Positions 21,071 through 33,615 of a stretch of DNA of 64,000 nt are shown here, piece after piece (position 1 is the first letter of the stretch; every line of letters begins with the position of its first letter). The notes beneath the pieces were generated by a model that saw nothing but the letters and a program-made list of their open reading frames with translations, was not told the origin of the DNA and searched no databases. A program made the position numbers and the translations under genes. Source of the stretch: Malacoraja senta (taxonomy: Eukaryota); the NCBI GenBank assembly GCA_038087875.1, contig CM075992.1, positions 3,784,001 through 3,848,000 of the forward strand. Reading direction: 5' to 3'.

Positions 21071-21590
21071 CCTCCACAGATGCTGCCTGACCCAGCGAGA
21101 TCCTCCTACCTCCACAGATGCTGCCTGACCCAGCAAGGCCCTCCTACCTCCACAGATGCTGCCTGACCCAGCGACATCTTCCTGCCTTCACAGAATGCTG
21201 CCTGACCCAGCGAGATCCTCCTACCTCCACAGATGCTGCCTGACCCAGCGAGATCCTCCTACCTCCACAGATGCTGCCTGACCCAGCGAGATCCTCCTAC
21301 CTCCACAGATGCTGCCTGACCCAGCGAGACCCTCCTGCTCCACAGATGCTGCCTGACCCAGCGAGACCCTCCTGCTCCACAGATGCTGCCTGACCCAGCG
21401 AGATCCTGCTGCTCCCACAGATGCTGCCTGACCCAGCGAGATCCTCCTGCTCCACAGATGCTGCCTGACCCAGCGAGATCCTGCTGCTCCACAGATGCTG
21501 CCTGACCCAGCGAGATCCTCCTGCTCCACAGATGCTGCCTGACCCAGCGAGATCCTCCTGCTCCACAGATGCTGCCTGACCTGCTGAGTG
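21071..21590. repeat. 38-bp minisatellite (~13 copies) derived from the Penelope-type terminal repeat
   Basis: Unit CCTCCACAGATGCTGCCTGACCCAGCGAGATCCTCCT(A/G). The last unit runs into the CTGAGTGTTTCTAGCATTTT continuation of the parent repeat. Confidence 0.9.
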
Positions 21591-21934
21591 TTTCTAGCAT
21601 TTTCACAAGTTATAGGAGTAGAATTAGGCCATTCGGCCCATCGAGTCACTCCGCCATTCAATCATGGCTGACCTCCGCCACCTAAACTCATTTTCCTGCC
21701 TTCTCCCCGTAACCCTTGGCACCTAATCTAATCAATTCCTCAGCAGTTTGTTTTTGTTCCAGATTCCAGCTCCTGCAGCCTCTCTCGTCTCCACGTTTAA
21801 CTCTGTTTCTCCCTGCACGGATGTTGCCCGACTTGCAGAGTGCTTCCAACATTCTCTTTATGTTTGACTGGCTCAGGCGTGGGTAAGGCTGAGCTGGGGT
21901 TGGAGAACGAGTCAGCACCAGAGAACAGCGTGTA

Positions 21935-22220
21935 GTTTAGTTTAGAGTTGCAGAAACGGAAAACAGGCCCTTCGGCCACCGAGTCCGCTCCGCCCAGCGA
22001 TCCCCCGCACACTAACGCTATCCTACACACACTAGGGACAATTTACACTTATACCAAGCCAATTAACCTACAAACCTGCACATCTTTGGAGTGTGGGAGG
22101 AAAACCCACGCAGGTCACGGGAGAACGTACAAACTCCGTACAGACAGCACCCGTAGTCAGGGTGGAACCCGGGTCCTCTGGCGCTGTCAGGCAGCAACTC
22201 TACCGCCGCGCCACCGTGCC
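21935..22220 (-). mobile_element. tRNA-derived SINE (V-SINE/HE1-like)
   Basis: Reverse complement of the GGCACGGTGGCGCGGCGGTAGAG head through to the (CTAAA)n tail. Confidence 0.8.
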
Positions 22221-22283
22221 CCGCGCGTGTAAAATTCTTGCTGCTCCCTCGTCCGCTGCCCGCCGCGCCCCAGCCACACGTAC

Positions 22284-22422
22284 CTGACATGTAGGCGCAG
22301 TCGCCTTTCTTAAACACGTTGTAGGCGATCTTCTCGCAAGTGGCCGACTCGTTGGCGTATCCGTCGAAGCGGCGGAGAGGGTCCTGTTGGTTTATCCCGC
22401 CCGACCAGCTGGCCCGGCTCCC
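22284..22422 (-). CDS. SLC27A1: FATP1 internal exon (139 bp, one apparent extra G)
   Basis: Acceptor GTGCCGCAG|, donor |GTACGT. Reads GEPGQLVGR / [37 protein letters not shown]. The homologous segment needs 138 bp. Confidence 0.88.
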
Positions 22423-22699
22423 CTGCGGCACAAAGAGCGGGCACCGGTGAACTCCGGCATAGGATCCACACCGCCCAGCCCAGCCCAGGGACGGGGACTC
22501 AGTGAGCTGCAGGGAACACGACAGCCTCTCGCAGGATGGGGACATCCCGTCACCTCCCAACCACTGATAGAGGTGCCACCTCGACATTGGGCACTGCAGA
22601 CCACCCATTGCACGAACAAGGACCTGTCTTATTTCTAACTGTGTTTTACACTCATGTTTTTCTTTTTCCTGTCTTTTTTTTTCCTGTTGTGACTAATAT

Positions 22700-22990
22700 G
22701 TTATTCATAATTTATGTGGAATGTGTGGGCAATTTATATATAATTTATGTGTAATTTGTGTGCTTCATGTACAATTTATGTGCAGTTTATGTGTGATATT
22801 TGCGTAGGTTGTGTGTGTTTTAAGTGCAACGTGCAATGTATGCGTAAGTTATTCACAATTTGTTCAAGATTTGCGTCATTTATTTGTAATTTATGTGTAA
22901 TTCATGAGCAATTTGTGTGCAATTTTATCCATGACTTATTTGTAGTTTATTCACAATTCATGAGTAATTTACTTGCAATTTACGCGCAAT
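22700..22990. repeat. TG/AT-rich low-complexity degenerate repeat
   Basis: Recurring AATTT(A/G)TGTG-like units. Confidence 0.6.
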
Positions 22991-23121
22991 TTCCATTTAG
23001 AAACATAGACATAGAAACATAGAAAATAGGTGCAGGAGGAGGCCATTCAGCCCTTCGAGCCAGCACCCGCCATTCACTGTGATCATGGCTGATCATCCCC
23101 TATCAATAACCCGTGCCTGCC

Positions 23122-23321
23122 NNNNNNNNNNNNNNNNNNNNNNNNNNNNNNNNNNNNNNNNNNNNNNNNNNNNNNNNNNNNNNNNNNNNNNNNNNNNNNN
23201 NNNNNNNNNNNNNNNNNNNNNNNNNNNNNNNNNNNNNNNNNNNNNNNNNNNNNNNNNNNNNNNNNNNNNNNNNNNNNNNNNNNNNNNNNNNNNNNNNNNN
23301 NNNNNNNNNNNNNNNNNNNNN
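23122..23321. other. Assembly gap (200 N, true size unknown)
   Basis: Run of exactly 200 N. Confidence 1.
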
Positions 23322-24134
23322 AAGGCTCGGTGGGGGAGGACCACAGTCTAGGGTCCTTCCGCTGCTGGGCATGGGGGGCAGGGTGTAGTGGAGACGCCCC
23401 TCAAAGTAAGGGAAGGGATCCCACGCCAGTGGGCCACATGAGTGGCAAGGGTGGGGGATAAATTTGTGAAATTGGAGAAATGTATGTAGACTGTATTGAA
23501 TAATCTGTATAGCCTCCGAAAATGTCGGAATAATTTTTTGCACGGTTCATGTATTGTATATATTTATTACCTGAATAAAGTCTCCCTGCAGCCACACAGG
23601 TTTTCTCTGGGATCTCCGGCTTCCTCCCACGCTCCAAAGACGTGCAGGGTTTGTAGTTTAATTGGCTTTGGTAAAGTATCCCTAGTGTGTGTGTGTGTAG
23701 GATAGTGCTGGTGTACGGTGATTGCTAGTCTCGGTGGGCCGAAGGGCATGTTTCTGCGCTGTATCTCCAAACTAAAAACGAACTTCGAAAATTTAGCCCA
23801 CGCAGTGTTAATGAAACCAGGAGATCGCTCAGTACATGACTAAAACATTCAATGTGGTGAGATTTTTATTAGTAATTTCTAAAAGGGATATGTACTGTTT
23901 AATTTTGCTTTAGGTCTATTATTGGCACGAGTGCCGAAGTAAATTGAAAAACTTTAGTTTGCATGCTCTCCAAACAGTTCGGATATATCATTGATAAATA
24001 CACTCAAGTCAAAGTGCATGGACAGGAAAGATTTGTAGACAATGAAAAGGACATCGAGGGATTTGTGCATGGTGTAGAAATCTGGCACATAATTGCAGCA
24101 GGTAGCAGGGAAGGCAAACAGACTGTTACCCTTA

Positions 24135-24870
24135 AGGGGCTGTCCCACTGCAGCGACCTAATTGGCGAGTTTAGAAGAGTTTGAAAAAATGTCATGTTGA
24201 AGGCCTCCTTCGACCTCCTTCAACTATGTTGAAGACTAGCTACGACTAGCTTCGATTAGCTTCGGGAAAATTGGACACCGAATAGTGGAGAGTGAAGACG
24301 ACCTCCTTCAATCTCCTTCGACCTCCCTTCGACTATGTTGAAGACTATCTACGACTACCATCGACCTACTACGACTTACTTCGACTAAACCTACGAGTAA
24401 AGAAAAATGGTCTCCATTTGTCGTCTTTTTGGAAACGTATGGTGCAAAACAGGTGTAAAAGCTAATCCGTGACTGCGGATGGTCAAGATTATAAATGATC
24501 TCCTATTTTCTTTTCTTCTCTTCTTTTCTTTTATTCTCTTTCTTCTATTTTCTATGTCTCAACTTTCTTTTTTCATTCTTTATTTTTCTTTTTCACACAC
24601 TATATATCTCACATTTTTCTATTTTTCATTATCTAACTTTTTTCTTTTTCTTCTTTATTTCAATTTTTTTTTTAAATAAGAAGCTGTACAAAAAGGTATT
24701 ATGAAAATATGATTGTATACAATTGTACTTCTAATAAAATAAAAAAATAAAAAAATAAAGAAAAATATTGATTTTTTTTCCATGGCAACCTTTTTTTTAC
24801 TCGCGAGCATTTTTCAGCATGTAGTAAAATACGCCGTGACCTAGCTGAGGCCTCGAGTACGCGGGGCCTC
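24135..24870. mobile_element. Truncated Harbinger-type MITE containing an L1/Tx1-like 3' end insertion (~24410-24757)
   Basis: Starts TTA|AGGGGCTGTCCCACT and is the reverse-orientation relative of 31218-31755. The insert encodes EKWSPFVVFLETYGAKQV*, has a T-rich UTR, AATAAA and an A-rich tail, and is flanked by a duplicated TAAAGAAAAAT. Confidence 0.7.
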
Positions 24871-25049
24871 AACTGACCAAGGTATTAGTATGACCACATT
24901 TGGCGTTCGTGTGACCAATTTTAGTTCCTCTTTTTTGAGGAAAGAGATTGTGACACAAGAAACTACAGATGTGGATATCTTGAGCAAGAGACAGAGTGAA
25001 GAGTAGCTGGAGAAACAGCCCCTCAAATTAGGTTTGTTTAGCTTACAAT

Positions 25050-25680
25050 ATAAAAACAGGGATGTAATGATGAGGCACTGGTCAGACCACATTAGGAATA
25101 TAGTGACCAGTTTTGTGTGCCATATCTGAGGAGTTAAGTGCTAGCATTAGAGCGGGTCCAGAGGAGGTTTACGAGGGTAGACACAAAGTGTTGGAATAAC
25201 TCAGCGGGACAGGCAGCATCTCTGGAGAGAAGGATTGGGTGACGTTTCGGGTCGAGACCCTTCTTCAGACCGAGTTTTACGAGAGTGTTTCCAGGGATGA
25301 GTGGGTTAAAGTACAATGAGCATTTGATGGCCACGGGCCTGTACTCGCTGGAGGTTAGAAGGGTGAGGGGAGGACCTCATTGAATCTTACCCAATAGTGA
25401 AAAGCCTGGATGGGGAGAAGATGTTTCTACTAGTGGGAGAGTCTAGGACCAGAGGGCATAGCCTCAGAATAATAGGACATACCTTTAGAAAGGCGTTGAG
25501 GAGGATTTTCTTTAGTCAGAGGGTGGTGAATCTGTGGAATTCATTACCACAGACGGGTGTGAAGGGTTATGGGGAGAAGGCAGGAGAATGGGGTTGAGAG
25601 GGAAAGAGAACAACCATGATTGGATGGTGGAGTAGACTTGATGGGCTGAAAGGCCTAATTCTTCTCCTATGACGTAGAAA
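25050..25680 (+). mobile_element. CR1-type LINE 3' fragment interrupted by a hammerhead-bearing Penelope repeat (core 25241-25268, minus strand)
   Basis: TRGHSLRI...QRVVNLWNSLP. TTTACGAG is duplicated around the insert. Confidence 0.75.
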
Positions 25681-26097
25681 CCCATGGTATGAACATTAGA
25701 TTTTCCCCTCCTTCGTACTCACCTCCCATTCTGAATCCCTCATCTTCCATTTATTTCCCCTTTTTTTCCCCACCCCTTGTCCACTTCCACCATTATCCCT
25801 CCCAGAGTCTCAATGGCTTTACATTTCACTCCTATCCTTATCTGATGCCCTAGCCTTTGTCACTTACTCCACCCATCTGCTCTGCCTCTCAACCCCACCT
25901 CCCTCAACTGTATCCACCTATCACTTGCCAATCTTTATCCTCCCCCTCCCCCCCCACTTCTCTTTTCCAGCACCCCCTCCCTAACACTACAATGTCTAAA
26001 GAAGGGTCTGATTCAGGAACGTCACCTATCCATTCCTTCTGTAGATGCTGCCTGACCCGCTGAGTTCCTCCACCATTTTGTGTTTTTCCAAGGAAAG

Positions 26098-26445
26098 ACA
26101 TAGAAACATAGAAAATAGGTGCAGGAGGAGGCCATTCGGCCCTTCGAGCCAGCACCGCCATTCATTGTGATCATGGCTGATCGTCCTCAATCAATAACCC
26201 GTGCCAGCCTGATCCCCATATCCCTTGATTCCACTACCCCCTAGAGCTCTATCTAACTCTCTCTTAAATCCATCCAGTGATTTGGCCTCCACTGCCCTCT
26301 GTGGCAGGGAATTCCACAAATTCACAACTCTCTGGGTGAAAACGTTTTTTCTCACCTCAGTCTTAAATGGCCTCCCCTTTATTGTAAGACGGTGGCCCCT
26401 GGTTCTGGACTCGCCCAACATTGGGAACATTTTTCCTGCATCTAG
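26098..26445 (-). mobile_element. CR1-type LINE 3' fragment
   Basis: ORF 26191-26451 and a (TTTCTATG) tail. Confidence 0.8.
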
Positions 26446-26513
26446 CATCAAGACATTATTTCATTTGAGGACGTTCAGCTAAGGTTCGTTGAGATAGTCC
26501 CAAGGGGGGGGGG

Positions 26514-26553
<40 letters not shown>

Positions 26554-27149
26554 GTGCGTGCGTGCGTGCGTGCGTGCGTGCGTGTGTGTGGGGGGGGGGG
26601 TTGTCCTTTGAAGAAAGATTCATTCAGTTGGGACTATTTATAGAAGAATGAGAGTCAATCATTTGGAAGCATATTAGATTCTTTGGAGACTGGGCAAATA
26701 CTGAAGATGTTCCTTTTCATGGGAGAATCTACAATTAGAGGGCATGGTCACAGAATACAATGGACATCCATTTAAGAGATGGATGAGATGAGGAAGAATT
26801 CACCTGTTAAATGGTTGTAAGCCTTTGGAACTTTTGGAACTCCTTGCAACCTGGAGGCAGAATTATTGGGTTTATTTAATCAATGCGGTTAATTTACAAT
26901 CAGTAAGGAAATCAATAGACAATAGGTGCAGGAGTAGGCCATTCGGCCCTTCAATGTGATCATGGCTGATCATCCCAATCAGTACCCCGTTCCAGCCTTC
27001 TCCCCGTATCCCCTGACTCCGCTATCTTTAAGAGCCCTATCTAGCTCTCTCTTGAAAGTATCCAGAGAACCGGCCTCCACCGCCCTCCGAGGCAGAGAAT
27101 CAAGGTTTATGGGAAAAGGGCAGATAAGTGGACAAGGATAAGGTCAAAT

Positions 27150-27707
27150 GGTTCTGCCAATCTTCCCTGTCCCGCCTGCAACTGGTCCAAACGCTGCAGC
27201 GAGACTCCTGAGGGGCACCTGAAAAAGGGACCACATCACCCCGATCCTGGCCTCTCTCCACTGGCTCCCTGTGCGGTTCCGTATAAACTTCAAGATCCTC
27301 CTTCATGTCTACAAAGCCCTTAATGGGCTTGCCCCCACCTACATTAAAAGTCTGCTCACCCACCACTCCACCTCCAGGCCCCTCAGATCGGCCGACTTGG
27401 GGTTGCTGAATATCCCGCGGTCTAGGCATAAGCTCAGGGGCGACCGCGCCTTTGCGGTTGCAGCTCCTAGACTGTGGAACAGCATCCCTTTTCCCATCAG
27501 AACTGCCCCCTCCATCGACTCCTTTAAGTCAAGACTAAAAACCCATCTGTACTCCCAAGCCTTTCTTGACGTCCTCTGAGCGAGGGCTACATGTATATAT
27601 GTATGTAGTTTGTTTGTTTATACTATTCTTATAACAAATGTAAAGCACTTTGGCCAACGAGAGTTGTTTTTTAAATGTGCTATATAAATAAATGTGACTT
27701 GAGTTGA
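27150..27707 (+). mobile_element. L2-clade LINE 3' fragment
   Basis: Reads HITPILASLHWLPVRFRINFKILLHVYKALNGLAPTYI...GDRAFAVAAPRLWNS...FKSRLKTHLY. Confidence 0.88.
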
Positions 27708-27863
27708 CATGAAGAGTTACTTTTCATAAAGCGCCCATTTCCTAAAAGGTTGTTAGTAACAACTTGTAGTAAACTAACTTTTCGGATGTGTGTCATGACA
27801 CTGCATCAGTTGGAGACATTTATTTGATTGTAGAACCTTGCCCTGAAAAGAATAACAACACAG

Positions 27864-28159
27864 GGGGGCACAGTGGTGCAGTAGTAGGCCTACTACTTTA
27901 CAGCGCCAGAGATCTGGGTTCCATCCTGACTACAGGTGCTGTATGTTCCCCACGTGACCAGTGTTGGTTTACTCCGAGATCTTCCGTTTCCTCCCACACT
28001 CCAAAGACGTTCAGGCTTGTAGGTTAATTAGCTTGGTGTAAATGTTAAAAAATTGTCCCTAGTGTGTGCAGGATAGTGTTCATGTGCGGGGATCGCTGGT
28101 CGGCCCAGACTCGGGGGGTCCGAATGGCCTGTTTCCGCGCTGCATCTCTGAACTAAACT
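27864..28159 (+). mobile_element. tRNA-derived SINE (V-SINE/HE1-like)
   Basis: GGGCACAGTGGTGCAG head through to the CTAAACT tail. Confidence 0.75.
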
Positions 28160-28894
28160 GCAGCACAAACCTTGCAAGGTATTTTGACTGGCGAAACGTT
28201 CTCATTGATCTGCTGACGTCATATTTTCACACAAAGTCTTTCACTTCTGCTTTCATTGCTGGCCTATTCAGTAATTCACAGGCTCTCCCAGAGCAGCTGT
28301 ATGCTCTCTCCCCCTCTCTCTCTCCCTCTCTCTCCCTCTCTCTCATTCTCTGCGCCGTCTCAGTTCCACTCGCTAGGCCTGCATGGTTGTCAAGGACTGC
28401 CGCACAGCACAACAAGCTCTGCTTTGTCCTTCTTTCCATTCTTCGGATTCTTCCTTGTCAGCTGGCATTTGCCCGGTGATACTGTGTCCATGTGGTAATG
28501 CGGCACAGGCATTCATTTCCACTCTTCCTATTTACTCTTAAGCTTCTTAGAAATAAAATTATATATTGTTGCCCTGCCTGGTTTGATTTTTAGATAGGCA
28601 CAAAATACTGGAGAGAAGGAATGGGTGACGTTTCGGGTCGAGACCCTTCTTCAGATCTTTACCTCTATTCCTTCCATTTCCATTTCAAATGCAAAATGAT
28701 TTTCTGTTTTAATTTCAGATTTCCAAAATCTGCAGGTATTTTTTTGAATGATTGAAAAAGATACAGCATTGAATCAGGCCCTTCGGCCACTGCGCCCATG
28801 CCGACCATCGATCACCTGTTCACACTAGTTCTATGTCATCTCACTTCCGCATCCACTCCCTGCACACTAGGGGCGTATTTACAGAGCCCAGTTA

Positions 28895-29334
28895 AGGGCC
28901 TGTCCCACTTTCCCGAGTTATTCACGAATTCTCCAGAGTTATTCACGAATTCTCCAGAGTTATTCACGAATTCTCCAGAGTTATTCACAAATTCTCCGAC
29001 ATTCACGAATTCTCCCGAGTTTTCAAACTCGCAGAATGTTCGTAACAAGTCCGTAGGAGGCCGTAGGGGTCCGTGGATATATCGTAACAGCTCGTTATGC
29101 CAGCCGTAGGTACTCGGGGCTATTTTGTTACTCGTAAACATTTTCGTCATGCTGAAAAAACTTCCCGACTTACCTGATGCCCCGAGTTCCTACGACTGGC
29201 ATTACAAGCCGCGACAATATATCCACGGACTACTACGGACTCGTTACGAACATTCTGCGAGTTTGAAAACTCGGGAGAATTCGTGAATAACTCAGGAGAA
29301 TTCGTGAATAACTCGGGAAAGTGGACAGGCCCCT
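28895..29334. mobile_element. PIF/Harbinger-type MITE with internal 21-bp tandem subterminal repeats
   Basis: TIR AGGGCCTGTCCCACTTTCCCGAG. TTA TSD at 28892-28894 and 29335-29337. Repeats of GAGTTATTCACGAATTCTCCA. Confidence 0.88.
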
Positions 29335-29469
29335 TTAACCTACAAAGCCGCACGTCTTTGGATGTTTGGCTTCTTCAATTTTCTCACCTGTTCCATTTCC
29401 TTTCTGCCTGGGTTCAATGCTGTGACTAAGATCTCTCCTCAGAATACCTGACACAACTGCAGTTGGACT

Positions 29470-29756
29470 TTAGAGACACAGCGCAGAAATAGGCCCATCG
29501 GCCCACCGAGCCTGCGCCGACCAGCGATCATCAGTACACTAGCACTATCCTACCCACTAGGGGCAATTTTACAACTTATTGAAGCCAATTAACCTGCGAA
29601 CCTGTACGTCTTTGGAGTGTGGGAGGAAACCGGAGCTCCCGGAAAAAACCCAAGTGGTATCAGGGAGAACGTACAAACTCCGTACAGACACCAGGATTGA
29701 AGCCAGGTCTTTGGCGCTGTAAGGCAGCAACTCTACCGCTGCGCCACCATGCGGCC
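29470..29756 (-). mobile_element. tRNA-derived SINE (V-SINE/HE1-like)
   Basis: Reverse complement of the family consensus seen elsewhere in the window. Confidence 0.75.
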
Positions 29757-31217
29757 CTTACTTTATGCAACTGTGAACAAGCCTCATCTCTCTATCAGTG
29801 TTTCTGTAGCTGCTCCCACACCTCCTCCTCCTGAAATGATTAGTACTAGTGTTAGAGGTGATGGGGAGAAGGCAGGGGAATTGGGGTTAGCAGGGAGAGA
29901 TAGATCAGCCATGATTGAATGGCGATGAGTAGACTTGATGCGCCGAATGGCCTAATTCTGCCTCTACAACAGGAACGTATGAATGCCTGAAGGCAGGCTG
30001 GACAATATCATTGGTCTTTGCCCCTCTATTCCACACCAGTTGATTGCGACATTTTTATTTTGCATTTCGTCATGAAGCTAAGGAAATAATTACAAAGTAT
30101 ATATGATATAACTACAATCAGCCCCTTCAATCGGCTTAATCTGTTCATATGGCAAACCCATTCAAGATATTTGGATAAGAAAATCCCTACTTTCAAAATT
30201 AATAGCTGCAATTACGTTGTCCATGCAGATCCTTCAGAGCCATTATTCTCAATTTAGTTGAGCTAATGTATGCATACATTTTATCATTTTCAATTCTTAT
30301 ATAGACATATTAAGAGTTATGGCACTAATGGGGCTAATTTCATGATAATTCAATATTATTATAATGTTTTCAACAAAATCAAGCTGTGGATTTAATCATT
30401 TGAGTTATTTGTTTATAAAAGTTCCAGAGTCTGAAGAAGGGTCCCGACCCGAAACGTCACCTATCCGTGTTCTCCAGAGATGCTGCCGGACCCGCTGAGT
30501 TACTCCAGCACTCTGTGTCCTTTTGTGTAAACCAGCATCTGCAGTTCCTTGTTTCTACACCTTCATGCCCTACTGGCCATCTTTCATGCCATCTATCTGA
30601 AGTATTGTGGGTGAACATAGAATGCAGAACAGTACTGCGCAGGTACTCAGTGCCCGCATTTTGGAAACAGAGGTGCAGGAGTAGGCCAATCGGCCCTTCG
30701 AGCCAGTCAATATGATCATGGCTGATCATCCAAAATCAGTATTTTTCCCCATACCCCTTTATTCTGTTAGCCCTAAGGGCTGTATCTAAATCTGTTTTGT
30801 GTCAATTTAGTGTCTATTTCCAGAACACACTGTTTATTACTAACACACAAAAAAACTTATAAGAACACAATTTGTTGTGGCTTGCATCATCCAATTTATC
30901 AGCCCTGATAATCAAATTTTCCAATACTCAGCGATGTGGAAACGATGGATTGAATGATTTCCTGTTTCCTTTGAATACCCAATAATTCTTACCATTCCCT
31001 GCCTTTGTTGCTGTTGTTACATTAAACGTTTTGTTCATTTTGTAGCACATCTATCTGAGAATGAAGTGGCAATGTTGCCATTTCTTCGTTCAATATTGGC
31101 AAGAAGACAAAGAAGAGAAAGTCTCATAAGTTAGCCAAGAGAGATTATATTTACATTGCTGTTCCTATGTTTGCCTTGCTCACAAACACAGTCTGAGAAT
31201 GATTTAAGTTAGTGTAA

Positions 31218-31755
31218 AGGGCCTGTCCCACTTGGGCGACCTAATCCGCGAGTTCTGGCGAGTTTGCCCTCGACTCATACTCGCAGCATGGTCGACACGA
31301 GGTCGTAGGAGGTCTTTGTAACTCTCCTTCATGCTCGAGAGTGGTCTCCGCGTACTCGAGGCCTCAGCTAGGTCGCGGCTTTTTAAAATATGTTAAAAAA
31401 TACCCGCGAGTAAAAAAAGGTCGCCATGGAAAACATCGATACATTTTTTACTTGTAGATTTAGTCGTAGTAGGTCGCAATAGGTCGGCATGTTAGTTGTA
31501 GGTAATCGAGGGTAGTCGAAGGTAATTGAAGGTAGTCGAAGGTAATCAAAGGTAGTCGAAGATAATCTTCATCTTTGTCGAAGGGAGGTCGAAGGAGGTC
31601 GTCTTCACTCTCCACTATTCGGTGTCCAATTTTCCCGAAGTTAGTGTTCAACATAGTCGAAGGAGGTCTTCTACAGTCGAAGGAGGTCTTCAACATGTCA
31701 TTTTTTCAAACTCTTCTAAACTCGCCAATTAGGCTGCCCAAGTGGGACAGCCCCT
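31218..31755. mobile_element. PIF/Harbinger-type MITE
   Basis: TIRs AGGGCCTGTCCCACTTGGGC / GCCCAAGTGGGACAGCCCCT. TAA TSD on both sides. Confidence 0.88.
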
Positions 31756-32070
31756 TAAATCTATTTTTATTTGCATAATTGCTATTACTATATTTAAAAA
31801 AACATTCCATGTAGAGTCAGAGAGTCATACAGCATGGAAACAGGCCCTTCGGCTCAACTTGTCCATGATGACCCAGATGCTACATCTACATTAGTCCCAC
31901 CTGCCCGTGTTTGGCCCATATCCCTCTCGGCCTTTGCTATCCATGCACTTTGATTTGAGTTTGACTTGATTGTATTTATGTTTGATATAGCTGATCTGTT
32001 TGGATAGCATGTCAAACAAATATTTTCACAGTACTTTGATCCAGGTGACAATAAACCTAAACCTAAATGA

Positions 32071-32382
32071 GGGGCGACACAGTTGTACGGCAGTAGAGTT
32101 GCTGCCTTACAGCGTCAGAAACCCAGGTTCCATCCTGACTACGAGTGCTGTCTGTACGGAGTTTGTACTTTGTTACCGTGACTGCGTGGGTTTTCTCCGG
32201 GTGCTCCGGGTTTCCTCCCACATTCCAAAGACGTACAGGTTTGTAGGTTAATTTGGTTACATTTTGGCAGAATTGTAAACTGTCTATAGCGTGTTGGATA
32301 GTGCTAGTGTACAGGTATCGCTGGTCAGCGCGGACTCGTTGGGCCGAAGGGCCCATTTCCGCACTGTATCTTTAAACTAAAT
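32071..32382 (+). mobile_element. tRNA-derived SINE (V-SINE/HE1-like)
   Basis: Head, central domain and tail as in the other copies. Confidence 0.75.
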
Positions 32383-32478
32383 AGTACATATCAGAATGAG
32401 CAACAATTTTTGATATTAATAATAAATATCTCCCTGCTTTGAACATTTTACAATTATGTAATGAGCAATTCTTTTTTC

Positions 32479-33024
32479 TTTTAAGAAGGAACTGCAGATG
32501 CTGGAAAAATCAAAGGTAGATAAAAATGCTGGAGAAACTCAGCGGGTGAGGCAGCATCTATGGAGCGAAGGAAAAGGTGACATTTCGGGTCGAGACCCTT
32601 CTTCAGACTGATGTGGGGGTGGGAATAAGAAAGGAAGAGGCGGAGACAGTGGGCTGTGGGAGAGCTGGGAAGGGGAAAGTGGGAGAAAGCAAGGACTATC
32701 TGAAATTGGAGAAGTCAATGTTCATACCGCTGGGGGGTAAACTAATCATGCAAAATATGAGGTGCTGCCTCTCCAATTTATGGTGGGACTCACTCTGGCC
32801 ATGGAGGAGGCCCAGGACAGAAAAGTCGGATTTGGAATGGGAGGGGGAGTTGAAGTGCTGAGCCACTGGGAGATCAGGTTGGTTATGGCGAACTGAGCGA
32901 AGGTTGGGCGAAGCGATCGCCAAGCCTACGCTTGGTCTCACCGATGTAGAGCAGCTGACACCTAAAACAGCGGATGCAATAGATGAGGTTGGAGGAGGTG
33001 CAGGTGAACCTCTGCCACACCTGG
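32479..33024 (-). mobile_element. Penelope-like element 3' fragment (GIY-YIG)
   Basis: Reads DLPVAQHFNSPSHS...LEXQHLIF...GMNIDFSNF. TSD AATTCTTTTTTC at 32467-32478 and 33025-33036. Confidence 0.85.
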
Positions 33025-33311
33025 AATTCTTTTTTCGTGAAAACTACATAGGCTACATCTTCTAATCAAATGCATAAGGGGATTGCAGGGGAAGGTGAGA
33101 CACAATTGCCATCCTCAATAAGTAGTTGCTCTCATCTACTTCCGACAGCCCATCTGTATGCAGGTAGACTGAGGACACGTACATTCCTGGCCCATCGAAA
33201 GCCTCTCTCACTGAGTTACAGCACTGAGGGCAGCATGCGTCCTTTTCAGGATGGACGATGACAGCGATATCAACACTTCAAACAAGATGGACACGAAAGA
33301 AGAAGCACTGA

Positions 33312-33615
33312 GGGAGGCACAGTGGCACAGCGGTAGAGCCGCTGCCTCACAGCGCCAGAGACCCCGGCTCAATCCTGACTGTGGGTGCTGTCTGTACAGA
33401 GTTCGTACATTCTCCCTGCGACTGCCTGGGTTTTCTCTGGTTGCACCAGTTTCCTCGCACACTCGAAAGACGCCCAGGTTTGCAGTTTAATTGACCTTGG
33501 TAAAATTGTAAATTGTCCCTAGTGTGTAGGATAGTGCTACTGACCAGTGGGGTGGTCGCTGGTCAGTGTGGATTCGGTGGGCTGAAAGACTTGTTTGCAC
33601 GCTGTATCTCTAAAG
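33312..33615 (+). mobile_element. tRNA-derived SINE (V-SINE/HE1-like)
   Basis: GGCACAGTGGCACAGCGGTAGAG head and the family body. Confidence 0.75.

Noticed and set aside
21071..21590. CRISPR-like array or repetitive protein ORFs
   Set aside because: Units are contiguous with no unique spacers, the context is eukaryotic, and the unit derives from a dispersed repeat.
15837..22422. Assignment to SLC27A4 (FATP4)
   Set aside because: [28 protein letters not shown] and the exon-1 pattern fit FATP1 better. A few residues (GQLVGR, EGTLS) are FATP4-like, so a phylogeny should confirm.
23079..23543. ORFs spanning X runs (also 52384-52994)
   Set aside because: Artefacts of the N gaps.
28200..28540. 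Possible exon in unique sequence with a CRE-like TGACGTCA
   Set aside because: No frame resembles FATP or any protein I recognise, and there is no convincing splice-site pair.
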